Positions 22,308-30,750 of a stretch of 41,439 nucleotides of DNA are shown one piece after another. Source of the DNA: a virus. The DNA lies in the IMG/VR virus record IMGVR_UViG_3300037313_000557, positions 1-41,439 of that record. One strand, given 5' to 3'. Both the position numbers and the translations under genes were made by a program. Each line of letters starts with the position of its first letter. The first letter of the stretch is position 1. The notes below the pieces were generated by a model, which did not search any database, had not been told where the DNA came from, and was given only the letters and a program-made list of their open reading frames with translations.

Positions 22308-22642
22308 GCAAGTACGGCGCCAAGAAAACCGAATGCCTCCACGGGCATAGGCACGACAGCGGCCGAGAGGCAAAGCGCTGCAACGAACTGCATCTGCTTG
22401 AGCGGGCGCATGAGATCATGTCGCTCCAGATTCAGCCCAGGTTCGAATTCGTCATATCCGGCAAGCCCGTGATGATGAAGAACCACCAAGCCGCGCGGTT
22501 CACCGGCGACTTCGCTTACGTCGAGGTAAAATCACAAAAGCAGGTGGTCGAGGACAGCAAGGGCTTCGTCGTGCGGGACTATCCCCTACGCGCCGCCATC
22601 TTCCGTCACCTGTTCCCTCAAATCGAACTGAGGGAAGTATGA
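22304..22642 (+). CDS. DUF1064-like protein (putative nuclease/resolvase-type phage protein)
   Basis: SKYGAKKTECLHGHRHDSGREAKRCNELHLLERAHEIMSLQIQPRFEF matches the DUF1064 signature (KYGNKK...FDS..E..R...L.LL...G.I..L..Q..F). GTG start in a GTGA overlap. Confidence 0.6.
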   Translation: MSKYGAKKTECLHGHRHDSGREAKRCNELHLLERAHEIMSLQIQPRFEFVISGKPVMMKNHQAARFTGDFAYVEVKSQKQVVEDSKGFVVRDYPLRAAIFRHLFPQIELREV

Positions 22643-22857
22643 CGGCCGCAGACCGCGTCATAGAGAACGCCGCCAGAGCGTGGAGCGTCCCGGTTGCTGA
22701 GCTGCTCGGCCCAGGCAAGCGCCAGCGTCTTTGCTGGGCTCGCTGGTCAGCCATGGGCGCCCTTAGCGACATGGGTTGGTCTACGCCCGCCATCGGCCGT
22801 GCGCTCAACCGTGACCATACGACCGTTCTCTACGGTCTTGGGCGTCTCAAAAGATGA
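22639..22857 (+). CDS. DnaA C-terminal (domain IV)-like HTH protein
   Basis: The pattern VAELLGPGKRQRLCWARWSAMGALSDMGWSTPAIGRALNRDHTTVLYGL resembles the DnaA DNA-binding domain (R....AR..AMYL......S...IG..F..RDHTTV). Confidence 0.6.
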   Translation: MTAADRVIENAARAWSVPVAELLGPGKRQRLCWARWSAMGALSDMGWSTPAIGRALNRDHTTVLYGLGRLKR

Positions 22858-23792
22858 AGGAATTCGCCGGAGCGTTTTGGGCCGCGCTCCGAGGTAAGCG
22901 AAACGCGGCCCCTCATACAGTCGAGAAGGAATATAGCATGGCTACCCAGTTATTCAAACCTGAAACGGGCACTCCGGCTTGGTTCATGGACTGCGTAGAA
23001 CGATCCAAGGCTGGACCGTTCATCGAGGTCACGACGCTTTCGCCGCCGCTTGCGAAAGCGATGCTCCAGCAGAATTTCGACAACCGTTCGATCCGACAGG
23101 TCAAGGTTACGCAATATGCTGCGGATATGGCGGAAGGCCGCTGGGCGATGAACGGCGAGCCGATCATTGTCGCTGTGGATGGCAAGCTCAACGACGGGCA
23201 ACATAGGTGTCTTGCGAACCTAGAGGCCAACGCCGAAGTTCCTGTCGTTATCATGTTCGGTATCGACCGCGAAACCCGTTTGACTGTCGATCAGGGTGGC
23301 GCCCGAACCGCTGGCGACTTCCTATCAATGGAGGGCGTTGCGAATGGTCCCGCCGCCGCTGCTATCGCACGCATGGTGATCGCTTTCGAGCGCAACGATG
23401 GAAAGGGGCTGGGTAATGGGAGCCACATCACCAGCGCTGAGATCCGCGACCGTGTTTACCAAGACCCGGCGATCGCCGAGGCGACTACGTTCGGACACAC
23501 CAATGCCCATTACGCGCGGCGGTTCATGCCAGGCTCGTTGATCGGGTTTGCCTATTACATCCTGACACGCATCAACCCCACTGAGGGGAAAACCTTTCTG
23601 GAGCGTGTGTGTCGTGGGGACGGTCTGCGACTACGTGACCCGGCCTACACCCTTCGTGAGAAGCTGGTTGGGGAATCGAGCCGCGACCGTCGGGCGGCTA
23701 TGATCTTCAAGGCGTGGAACTTCCATCGCCGTGGAATGAAGGTTTCGGCAAGTAGCCTGACCTCCACGTTGCCGTTCCCGGCGCTGCTGTGA
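22854..23792 (+). CDS. ParB/Srx-fold protein with DGQHR motif
   Basis: NRSIRQVKVTQYAADMAEGRWAMNGEPIIVAVDGKLNDGQHRCLA. The start is either 22854 (ATGA overlap) or 22938 (AGAAGGA RBS). Confidence 0.55.
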   Translation: MKEFAGAFWAALRGKRNAAPHTVEKEYSMATQLFKPETGTPAWFMDCVERSKAGPFIEVTTLSPPLAKAMLQQNFDNRSIRQVKVTQYAADMAEGRWAMNGEPIIVAVDGKLNDGQHRCLANLEANAEVPVVIMFGIDRETRLTVDQGGARTAGDFLSMEGVANGPAAAAIARMVIAFERNDGKGLGNGSHITSAEIRDRVYQDPAIAEATTFGHTNAHYARRFMPGSLIGFAYYILTRINPTEGKTFLERVCRGDGLRLRDPAYTLREKLVGESSRDRRAAMIFKAWNFHRRGMKVSASSLTSTLPFPALL

Positions 23793-24475
23793 TGACGACG
23801 CTTCATAGCATCCGAGTTGAAGACATCCAGATTGGGGAGCGCCATAGGGCGCTCTCCAACGAGGCGGTGGCTCGGCTTGCGCAATCTCTTGGCGACATTG
23901 GCCTGCGTCAGCCGATCAGCGTCCGCCTGGTTGAAGAAATGGTGGTCGAGGGAGACTTGACCGCTGGCGTTCCTGTGCTTGTAGCGGGTGCTCATCGTCT
24001 GGCCGCCGCCAAGGCGTTGAGCTGGTCACACATCGACTGCATCGAGGTAGATGACGACGCGATCAAGGCCGAGATGTGGGAGATTGCGGAGAACCTTCAC
24101 CGGCTCGACCTTACGAAAGAACAGCGGGACGAACATATCCGGCGGTACGCCGAATTGCTCGAAGAGCATCGCGAGGTTTCGCGACAAAGTGACGCGAAAC
24201 CTTTGTCTGGTCCTAAGGGCGGCCGACCCCAAGGGGTAGCCTCGCAGGTTGCCGAGGAAACCGGGTTGAGCGTTCGCACCGTCCAGCGCGCACTCAACCC
24301 GAAGCCGCCAGCGGAAGTTATTCCTATCAGCGTCCGATCTGAGCAGGATGTAATTCTGGCGCAGGCCAATGCGATTATTGCCGCTTGGAACCGTGCAAGC
24401 CCTGAGGCTCGTGCCATCGCTATGGACCAGATGGACGGCGGCCCTGTGTTCGACAGGAGCGCCGCCGGCCGATGA
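23789..24475 (+). CDS. ParB N-terminal domain protein with C-terminal HTH
   Basis: IRVEDIQIGERHRALSNEAVARLAQSLGDIGLRQPISV...LVAGAHRLAAAKALSWSHIDC is a ParB-like pattern. HTH VAEETGLSVRTVQRAL. Confidence 0.65.
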   Translation: MMTTLHSIRVEDIQIGERHRALSNEAVARLAQSLGDIGLRQPISVRLVEEMVVEGDLTAGVPVLVAGAHRLAAAKALSWSHIDCIEVDDDAIKAEMWEIAENLHRLDLTKEQRDEHIRRYAELLEEHREVSRQSDAKPLSGPKGGRPQGVASQVAEETGLSVRTVQRALNPKPPAEVIPISVRSEQDVILAQANAIIAAWNRASPEARAIAMDQMDGGPVFDRSAAGR

Positions 24476-25272
24476 GCGTCCGCGTCATGACCGCAGTATG
24501 GGATATACCCCTGTCAGACAGCGAGAAGATTGTACTTCTCGCGCTGGCGGACTGCGCCAATGACGAAGGGCATTGCTGGCCTTCCATGGCTACGCTCGCC
24601 CGCAAGTGCAGCAAGTCCGATCGCACTGTCCAAGCCGCCATCAAATCACTGGTCGACGCTGGCCATCTGACGCGCCGCGAGGTTCCAGGAAAGGGCTGCA
24701 ATTACACCGTCCACCCCCGAAGCGGCTTCACCCCCGAAGCGGCTTCACCCCCGAAGGGAGCGACAGGGACCCCCGAAGCGGCTTCGGACAAACCGTCAAA
24801 GAACCATCATATCGGAGATTCTAACGAATCTCCTCGCGGGCGAAACGCGGGAAAGCATTTGCTTCCGAAAGACTGGAAGCTGCCGGCGATCGCAGATCTA
24901 CCTCCGAAAGCGCGCGCCTGTGCCGAGCTTTGGACAAAGGAAAGCTACGAAACCCACGGTGAGGCGTTCACGAGCTACTGGTGGGCGCGCCGCGGTATGT
25001 ACAGCGATTGGGACCTGACCTGGGGCAACCGGGTCATAGCCCTGCATAGCCAGGTAATGCGCGACCAAAAGTTCGGGAATGCGCCGCCGACAGAGGCAGG
25101 CCGCACGAACTCGGCCAAATCAATGACCATCGAAGAGCAGCGTGCCTACATCGAGCACGTCGCCCAGAAGTTCGGCCGAATGAATCCGGACGCCACGCCG
25201 CCGGCAGAGCGCATTGGCAAGCCAATCACGCTCGCATCGCTAGCCGCGGCTCAAGTCGGAGGGCATCACTGA
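24472..25272 (+). CDS. replication-initiator-like winged-HTH protein (lambda O-type position)
   Basis: LSDSEKIVLLALADCANDEGHCWPSMATLARKCSKSDRTVQAAIKSLVDAGHL is typical of phage replication/HTH_36-type proteins. The gene contains internal iteron-like repeats. Confidence 0.55.
   Translation: MSVRVMTAVWDIPLSDSEKIVLLALADCANDEGHCWPSMATLARKCSKSDRTVQAAIKSLVDAGHLTRREVPGKGCNYTVHPRSGFTPEAASPPKGATGTPEAASDKPSKNHHIGDSNESPRGRNAGKHLLPKDWKLPAIADLPPKARACAELWTKESYETHGEAFTSYWWARRGMYSDWDLTWGNRVIALHSQVMRDQKFGNAPPTEAGRTNSAKSMTIEEQRAYIEHVAQKFGRMNPDATPPAERIGKPITLASLAAAQVGGHH
24713..24785. repeat. iteron-like direct repeats ACCCCCGAAGCGGCTTC (three full copies plus one partial); candidate origin
   Basis: Full copies at 24713-24729, 24730-24746 and 24769-24785; a partial copy at 24747-24758. 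Each contains the palindrome GAAGCGGCTTC. A relatively AT-rich stretch follows at 24790-24830. Confidence 0.6.
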
Positions 25273-25469
25273 TGAGCCCGAACTCAGGCCAGAAGCCAGA
25301 CATTGGCGATGTCCCAATCGATATCCAGTTCCGCAATGGCCAGATCAAGCGCGGGGTGAAGGCCGAGCAATATCGCTGGAAGTCATGGAACTGGGGCGAG
25401 AGCGATTGGGACATCGTCCGCTGGCAATACGCCACTGCCTCCGCTCCGCACAAGGACATGGCCGCATGA
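25272..25469 (+). CDS. hypothetical Trp-rich small protein
   Basis: 65-aa ORF with a TGATG overlap. Confidence 0.45.
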   Translation: MSPNSGQKPDIGDVPIDIQFRNGQIKRGVKAEQYRWKSWNWGESDWDIVRWQYATASAPHKDMAA

Positions 25470-25506
25470 CCCATCCCTACACCCTGGCATATCGAGAGAG
25501 GTAGAG

Positions 25507-25800
25507 ATGCCGAAACCAACGCTCTCTGTCCCCGACGACTTCGCCACATACGCTTCGATCGAAGGCAACCTGAAGCTCCGCAAGCGATACAATGTCGGGG
25601 GAGCAACAATCGAGCGTTGGCGTGCAACCATCGGTGCTCGGTATAATCGCCCGCCTATGCCCAAAAAGATACCGATCGCGACCAAGAAGCGCATTCGGCG
25701 TCGGTGGGAAGCACAGGAGCAAATCGAGGATCTGGACGACTTCGGTATCGATGACATCGCCCGGAGTTTCGACCTCAAGTCATTCGCATTGGAGTGGTAA
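25507..25800 (+). CDS. hypothetical basic protein, possible DNA-binding
   Basis: 97 aa with GAGAGG upstream. Basic centre KKIPIATKKRIRRRW. It is the last sizeable gene before the packaging genes. Confidence 0.5.
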   Translation: MPKPTLSVPDDFATYASIEGNLKLRKRYNVGGATIERWRATIGARYNRPPMPKKIPIATKKRIRRRWEAQEQIEDLDDFGIDDIARSFDLKSFALEW

Positions 25801-25802
25801 GC

Positions 25803-25943
25803 ATGATCGGCTTGGTTTTCCTCATCGCAGCGCTGGTGCTCTTCATCGTTGACGCGATCGGGGTCAGCACTCGCATTAACCTCCAGTCCGCCGGCCTCGC
25901 GTGCCTGGTTGCAGCGATGTTGGCAGGGAAGGCTACGTTCTGA
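25803..25943 (+). CDS. small two-TM membrane protein (46 aa)
   Basis: Hand translation gives MIGLVFLIAALVLFIVDAIGVSTRINLQSAGLACLVAAMLAGKATF. Confidence 0.4.
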   Translation: MIGLVFLIAALVLFIVDAIGVSTRINLQSAGLACLVAAMLAGKATF

Positions 25944-26098
25944 TGGCTGACGATCGCCTTGAGGAACTGAAGCACAAGCTCGCCGCCTCCGAGCGCATGG
26001 GCAGCGGCTATAAGGACCGTATCGAAGCACTCAAGCTGCAGATTGCCGATCTGGAAGGGGGTGATCAGACGATTGCGGGCGAGGGCAAGCAGGGCTGA
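25943..26098 (+). CDS. small coiled-coil protein (51 aa)
   Basis: Starts MADDRLEELKHKLAASERMGSGYKDRIEALKLQIADLEGG, with a TGATG overlap. Confidence 0.4.
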   Translation: MADDRLEELKHKLAASERMGSGYKDRIEALKLQIADLEGGDQTIAGEGKQG

Positions 26099-26103
26099 TC
26101 TGT

Positions 26104-26433
26104 ATGGCATATCAGAAAGGACAATCTGGCAACCCCGGCGGCAGGCCAAAGATCGTCTTAGCGAACGGCAAGAGCCTCCGCGACCTAGCGCGCGAGCATA
26201 CGCAGGAATGCATTGAGGCTCTTGTTGGCATCGTCCGGGAAAGCGATAACGATACTGCCCGACGTAGCGCGGCTACGGATCTGCTTGATCGCGGCTGGGG
26301 TAAGCCGACCCAGCCGCTGAGTGGTGACGACAGCATGCCGCCTTTGGCATTGGGTAGCGCACCGGATGCGGTCATTGCCTGGCTTGCCGCTCAATCTCTT
26401 GGCGATGATGCTGAGACAACCAACCAAGGATGA
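26104..26433 (+). CDS. terminase small subunit-like protein (DUF5681-type N-terminus)
   Basis: QKGQSGNPGGRPK motif, located directly upstream of the large terminase. Confidence 0.55.
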   Translation: MAYQKGQSGNPGGRPKIVLANGKSLRDLAREHTQECIEALVGIVRESDNDTARRSAATDLLDRGWGKPTQPLSGDDSMPPLALGSAPDAVIAWLAAQSLGDDAETTNQG

Positions 26434-27817
26434 TATCCTTGCAGCGCGGGCGGAATTAGCCAAGCGCCAGTTCTTTGCCAGAAAGCGCGCGCCATGGTCG
26501 AAGCAGTTCGACGTTCCGGCGCGGTACAAGGGCGCGCACGGTGGTCGTGCCAGTGGCAAGAGTCACGATTTCGCCGAGCGGCTTATTGAACGCTGCCTGA
26601 GGGGCAAGACGCGCGCCGTCTGCATCCGCGAAGTTCAGAACAGCCTCAAGGAATCGGTGAGGCAGCTCATTATTGACAAGCTGCAAGCGTTTGGGCTGGG
26701 GGCGCAGTTTGAGGCTCTAGATGCTGAGATACGCGGGCCCAACGGATCCCTCATTATCTTTCGAGGGATGCAATCGTACAACGCGGAGACGATCAAATCC
26801 CTTGAGGGATACGACATTGCGTGGGTTGAAGAGGCGCAAACGCTTAGCAAGACATCGCTCAAGATGCTTCGCCCGACAATCCGCGCGCCAGGATCCGAGA
26901 TTTGGGCGACGTGGAACCCACGCCACGACACGGACGCAATCGACGTATTGTTGCGTGGAGCATCGCCACCTCGCAACGCGATAGTTCGCCAGGTCAACTA
27001 CAGCGATAACCCGTGGCTTCCAGACGAGATGCTGGAGGAAATGGAGGATGACAGGGCTCGTGATCCTGACGAGGCCGCACACATCTGGGATGGCGCATAC
27101 GAGATAATCACCGAGGGTTCGTATTACGCGTCACTGCTGGCCGCTGCTGAGAAAGAGGGCCGGATTGGTTACTATCCATACGATCCAGCGCTGCCCGTAT
27201 TGACTGCTTGGGACATCGGCATGGACGACTACACGGCCATTTGGTTCTTGCAGGAGAACGGCAGCGAGGTGCGCGCGATCGACTATTTCGAGACGAGTGG
27301 GGAAGGTGTTCCGGAGATCATCAAGCAAGCCCTGTTTGAGCTTGTCCCGCCCAATGAACGCCAACGCGAAATGGAGGTAGAGCGCGAAGTCCCGTTCATT
27401 CGATATGGCAGGCACTTCCTGCCACATGACGTAGCTGTCAGAGAATGGGGGCCGGGGCGATCACGCCTAGCCACGCTGCGCGAGCATGGCGTGAAGGATG
27501 TCAATGTCGGCATTGCGGCAGGGCCAGCGGAGCGCGTCAACGCTGGGCGCACGCTGTTCCCGCACATGCGCTTCAACAAAGCCACTTGCGATGTCGGCAT
27601 CAAGCGGTTGCGCAATTACTCGCGCAAGAAGAACCGCACCATGGAAACATACGGTGGCCCGCTACATGATGACAACAGCCACGGCGCCGATGCCTTTGGC
27701 GAGTTTGCGGTCAACTGCCATCTGACAAGGATCATGGCTAAGCCGAAACGGCTAGACCCACCATCGGGCGACTATCGGCCGAAGCGACGCGCAAATAGTG
27801 GAAGCGCCTGGGGCTAG
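26405..27817 (+). CDS. terL: terminase large subunit (PBSX/Terminase_3-like)
   Basis: Walker A context YKGAHGGRASGKSH, followed by VCIREVQ and WVEEAQ. The C-terminal nuclease-type region has FLPHD and DDNSHGADAF. The start (26405/26408) is uncertain. Confidence 0.85.
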   Translation: MMLRQPTKDDILAARAELAKRQFFARKRAPWSKQFDVPARYKGAHGGRASGKSHDFAERLIERCLRGKTRAVCIREVQNSLKESVRQLIIDKLQAFGLGAQFEALDAEIRGPNGSLIIFRGMQSYNAETIKSLEGYDIAWVEEAQTLSKTSLKMLRPTIRAPGSEIWATWNPRHDTDAIDVLLRGASPPRNAIVRQVNYSDNPWLPDEMLEEMEDDRARDPDEAAHIWDGAYEIITEGSYYASLLAAAEKEGRIGYYPYDPALPVLTAWDIGMDDYTAIWFLQENGSEVRAIDYFETSGEGVPEIIKQALFELVPPNERQREMEVEREVPFIRYGRHFLPHDVAVREWGPGRSRLATLREHGVKDVNVGIAAGPAERVNAGRTLFPHMRFNKATCDVGIKRLRNYSRKKNRTMETYGGPLHDDNSHGADAFGEFAVNCHLTRIMAKPKRLDPPSGDYRPKRRANSGSAWG

Positions 27818-27825
27818 TCATAGGC

Positions 27826-27851
27826 GAAAATACGCCATGACTATGCCTGAA
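27826..27851 (+). promoter_or_regulatory. late-region motif copy A: GAAAAT-N5-(A)TGACTATGCCTGAA
   Basis: The 14-mer TGACTATGCCTGAA is at 27838-27851. It includes the probable portal ATG (27837) and lies 20 nt after the terL stop. Confidence 0.5.
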
Positions 27852-29828
27852 CCGATTGACGAGAACCGCGACGGCATCGCGATTAGCGGCGCGTCTGACA
27901 CGCTACCCAAATACATCATCGGCACACCGCCTTCGATAGATTCGCTGCGTAAGCGCCGAGATGATGCCGCCAGCGATCCGAACGGGCGTAGGGCGAGGTC
28001 TAAGCTCAGCCGCGCATATTTCGATGGCAAAGGCCAGTTGAGCAGCCAAGTGCTCGCCGTTCTTGAGTTGCGAAAGCAGCCTCAGATATACACGAACCGC
28101 GTCCGTCCTGCTGTCAATGGCGTGCTTGGCGTACTCGAGAATGCGCGCTCTGATCCGCAGGCCTATCCGCGTAACCCAAATGATCAGGACAGCGCAGATG
28201 TGGTTACGAAGGTGCTGCGGTTTGTGGCGGACCAATCCGATTTCGCCGACATCAAGCAGGACGTGGCCGAAAACTTTCTTATCGAAGGCACTGGCGCGTG
28301 CATCATTGAAATGGACGGCGATGACATCGTTCCGACGCAAATTCGCTGGGAAGAATTCTATTGCGACCGATATTCTCGCCGCAATGACCGCAAGGATGCC
28401 CGGTTCATGGGCATCGCCAAGTGGGTCGATGTCGATCAGGTCAACAACAACCCGCGCTGGCAGCAGGCGATTTCCGACTATGGCAACATCATGCAGCCGG
28501 CGTCCAATGGCGCGTGGTCGAGCGATTTCGAGGACAGGGGTGATCAGGGGTTAGGCTGGATCAACACGCGCCGCCGTCGCGTCCTCTTGTGCGAGGAATA
28601 CGCGATCGAGCAAGGCGAGTGGAAGCGTCTCGTCTATATCGGCGCCTGCGTGCTGGAGTACGGCCCGAGCCCGTATCTCGACGAGAAGCGTCAGCCGTGC
28701 AATCCGATCGAGGTAGCGGCCTGCTACGTTGACGAGAACAACGACGCATACGGCATTGTAGATGACATGATGCCGCTGCAAGACGAGATCAATGCGTCGC
28801 GGTCACGGTCGTTGCATCTGATGAACTCGCGCCAGGTTCAAAACACCGACCCGACTGCCCCACCGATCGATGCCGGACTAGTACGTGACGAAGCGGCCAA
28901 GGCAGACGGCATCATTCCGATGGGCTGGCAGGTCATCCCGACGCAGGACATGACGCAAGCAAACATGCTGCGCAATCAGGAAGCCAAGGGCGAGATCGAG
29001 CGCATGGGACCGACGCCTGCGGTACTCGGCCGGCAAGAGAGTGCCGGGCAGTCGGGACGAGCACGACTTGTATCGCAGCAGGCCGGGCTTACCGAACTTG
29101 CCCGTCCGATTGCTCGCCTCAATAATTGGGAATTGCGAGTATATCGCCAAATCTGGCTGCGCGCGAAGCAGTTCAAGACGGATCCGTGGTTTATCCGCGT
29201 TACCGATGACGCGAGGGCACCTGAGTTCCTGACGGTCAATGAGCCGCAGATGGGCATGGTGATGCAACCTGTGGTGGGGCCAGATGGTCAGCCAGTCATC
29301 AATCCAGAGACGGGACAACCCGCAGTGCAGCCGTCAATGGGCATTGTGGGAATGAAACATCGCCTTGCCGAGCTTGACGTTGACATCATTCTGGACACGG
29401 TAGCCGACACCGCGACCCTTGCGCAGGAAGTATGGGCAGAGCTTGTCCAGTTGGTCGGGCAGGCTGGCGGGCTCCAAGTGGTCTATACGCCGGCATTCGA
29501 GCTGATGATCGAGGCCAGCCCGCTAGCCGACAAATCGCGCGTCATCGAGCTGATCAAGAAGGGTCGGCAGGAGATGGAGCAGAATCAGGTCCAGCAGCTT
29601 ACCCAGCAGTTGCAGGGCCTTCAGCAGCAGCTTGAGCAGATGGGTCAGGCGTTGAACCAGAAGCGCCAGATCAGTGACGCGGAAGCCGCTGCCAACGTGG
29701 ACAAGATCACCGCCGACACCTCGCTGACCCATGCCAAGCGTGAGGCGCAACAAGTCGATACGGAGCGGTCTGTTCTGGGGATCATGTCAGGCCACGAAAT
29801 CCCGCCGGCACAGCCCGGAACCGCTTGA
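27837..29828 (+). CDS. portal protein
   Basis: About 663 aa, directly after terL. It has an acidic N-terminus and a Gln-rich C-terminal coiled coil (QQLTQQLQGLQQQLEQMGQAL) like the barrel of P22-type portals. An alternative GTG lies at 27798. Confidence 0.75.
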   Translation: MTMPEPIDENRDGIAISGASDTLPKYIIGTPPSIDSLRKRRDDAASDPNGRRARSKLSRAYFDGKGQLSSQVLAVLELRKQPQIYTNRVRPAVNGVLGVLENARSDPQAYPRNPNDQDSADVVTKVLRFVADQSDFADIKQDVAENFLIEGTGACIIEMDGDDIVPTQIRWEEFYCDRYSRRNDRKDARFMGIAKWVDVDQVNNNPRWQQAISDYGNIMQPASNGAWSSDFEDRGDQGLGWINTRRRRVLLCEEYAIEQGEWKRLVYIGACVLEYGPSPYLDEKRQPCNPIEVAACYVDENNDAYGIVDDMMPLQDEINASRSRSLHLMNSRQVQNTDPTAPPIDAGLVRDEAAKADGIIPMGWQVIPTQDMTQANMLRNQEAKGEIERMGPTPAVLGRQESAGQSGRARLVSQQAGLTELARPIARLNNWELRVYRQIWLRAKQFKTDPWFIRVTDDARAPEFLTVNEPQMGMVMQPVVGPDGQPVINPETGQPAVQPSMGIVGMKHRLAELDVDIILDTVADTATLAQEVWAELVQLVGQAGGLQVVYTPAFELMIEASPLADKSRVIELIKKGRQEMEQNQVQQLTQQLQGLQQQLEQMGQALNQKRQISDAEAAANVDKITADTSLTHAKREAQQVDTERSVLGIMSGHEIPPAQPGTA

Positions 29829-29850
29829 CGCCCTAACTCGCCGCACCGGA

Positions 29851-29875
29851 CAATATTGTCGTGACTATGCCTGAA
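29851..29875 (+). promoter_or_regulatory. late-region motif copy B: CAATAT-N4-(G)TGACTATGCCTGAA
   Basis: The 14-mer is at 29862-29875 in the portal-scaffold gap. TTGACG lies at 29825-29830 upstream. Confidence 0.5.
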
Positions 29876-29983
29876 AGGCGCATGGCCATGTTCGGGGTGA
29901 TGGCCCCGTCAACAAACCATCCCTGCCACCGGGGCGCGGGTGCTGCGTAATGTCGCCGACGACACAGGCGAGGAAGGGTAAGG

Positions 29984-30748
29984 ATGGAAGGCGAAATCGA
30001 AGCGATGTTCCGCGCGGAAGCAGAGGGAGCTACCCCCGAGCAAGTGACGGAGCCCATCGTAGAGACGGCACCGGAAGCACCTACTGTTGAGCCTGTTGCT
30101 CAGCCTGAGGAGCAGCCGGAACCTTCGCCGGAGCCGATTCCTGAAGTCGATGCGCCAAAGGAAACCAAGCAAGTCCCGCTTGCGACGTTTTTGGACCAGC
30201 GCGACGAACTCAAGGAGGTCAGGCGCCGGTTGGCAGAGTTCGAAGCGTCAACGCGCGAACGCCCTGCTGCACCAAGCCCTTTTGATGATCCAGAGGGCTA
30301 TGCAGCGTATACTCAACAGGTCGTTGACGAGCGCCTGACGCAAGAGCGTTTCGCGATGAGCGACATGTTCGCGCGGCAGCAGCATGGGGCAGAGACGGTG
30401 GACAGTGCGGTGGAGTGGGCACAATCCCGTGCCCAGAGTGACCCGGCTTTCGCCATGTCCTACATGCGACAGCAGAATCCCATCGATTGGATCGTCCAGC
30501 AGCACCGCCAGAGCGAGGTGTTGGGGCAGATCGGCAATCGGCCATTGGATGACTTTATCCAGGACTACATCGCCAAGAACCCCGGCAAATTCGCTTCGGC
30601 ATCGGTTTCGGCAATCCCTGTCGAAACCGCCATGCAACCGGCTCCAAAGCCGCAGGCGCCGCCGAAGTCGATAGCGGGTGATGCAAGTCCAACCGCGAGC
30701 GCGCCGGCCGATCCGTCTGCATTTTGGAGCTTCCTCGATAGGAAGTAA
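29984..30748 (+). CDS. scaffolding protein
   Basis: 254 aa, acidic, with a Pro/Glu-rich N-terminus and a helical body. It sits between portal and capsid genes and has a strong RBS (GGAAGGGTAAGG). Confidence 0.6.
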   Translation: MEGEIEAMFRAEAEGATPEQVTEPIVETAPEAPTVEPVAQPEEQPEPSPEPIPEVDAPKETKQVPLATFLDQRDELKEVRRRLAEFEASTRERPAAPSPFDDPEGYAAYTQQVVDERLTQERFAMSDMFARQQHGAETVDSAVEWAQSRAQSDPAFAMSYMRQQNPIDWIVQQHRQSEVLGQIGNRPLDDFIQDYIAKNPGKFASASVSAIPVETAMQPAPKPQAPPKSIAGDASPTASAPADPSAFWSFLDRK

Positions 30749-30750
30749 CA

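Noticed and set aside
22430-22460. The GGTTCGAATTC string, which looks like a tRNA T-loop.
   Set aside because: It lies inside the well-supported DUF1064-like coding sequence, and no acceptor or anticodon arms flank it.
29861-29950. Short ORFs that begin with the late motif (MTMPER..., 29 aa after copy B and 12 aa after copy C) as real genes.
   Set aside because: They share only the motif-encoded first five residues and then diverge and terminate quickly. The conservation is at the DNA/RNA level.
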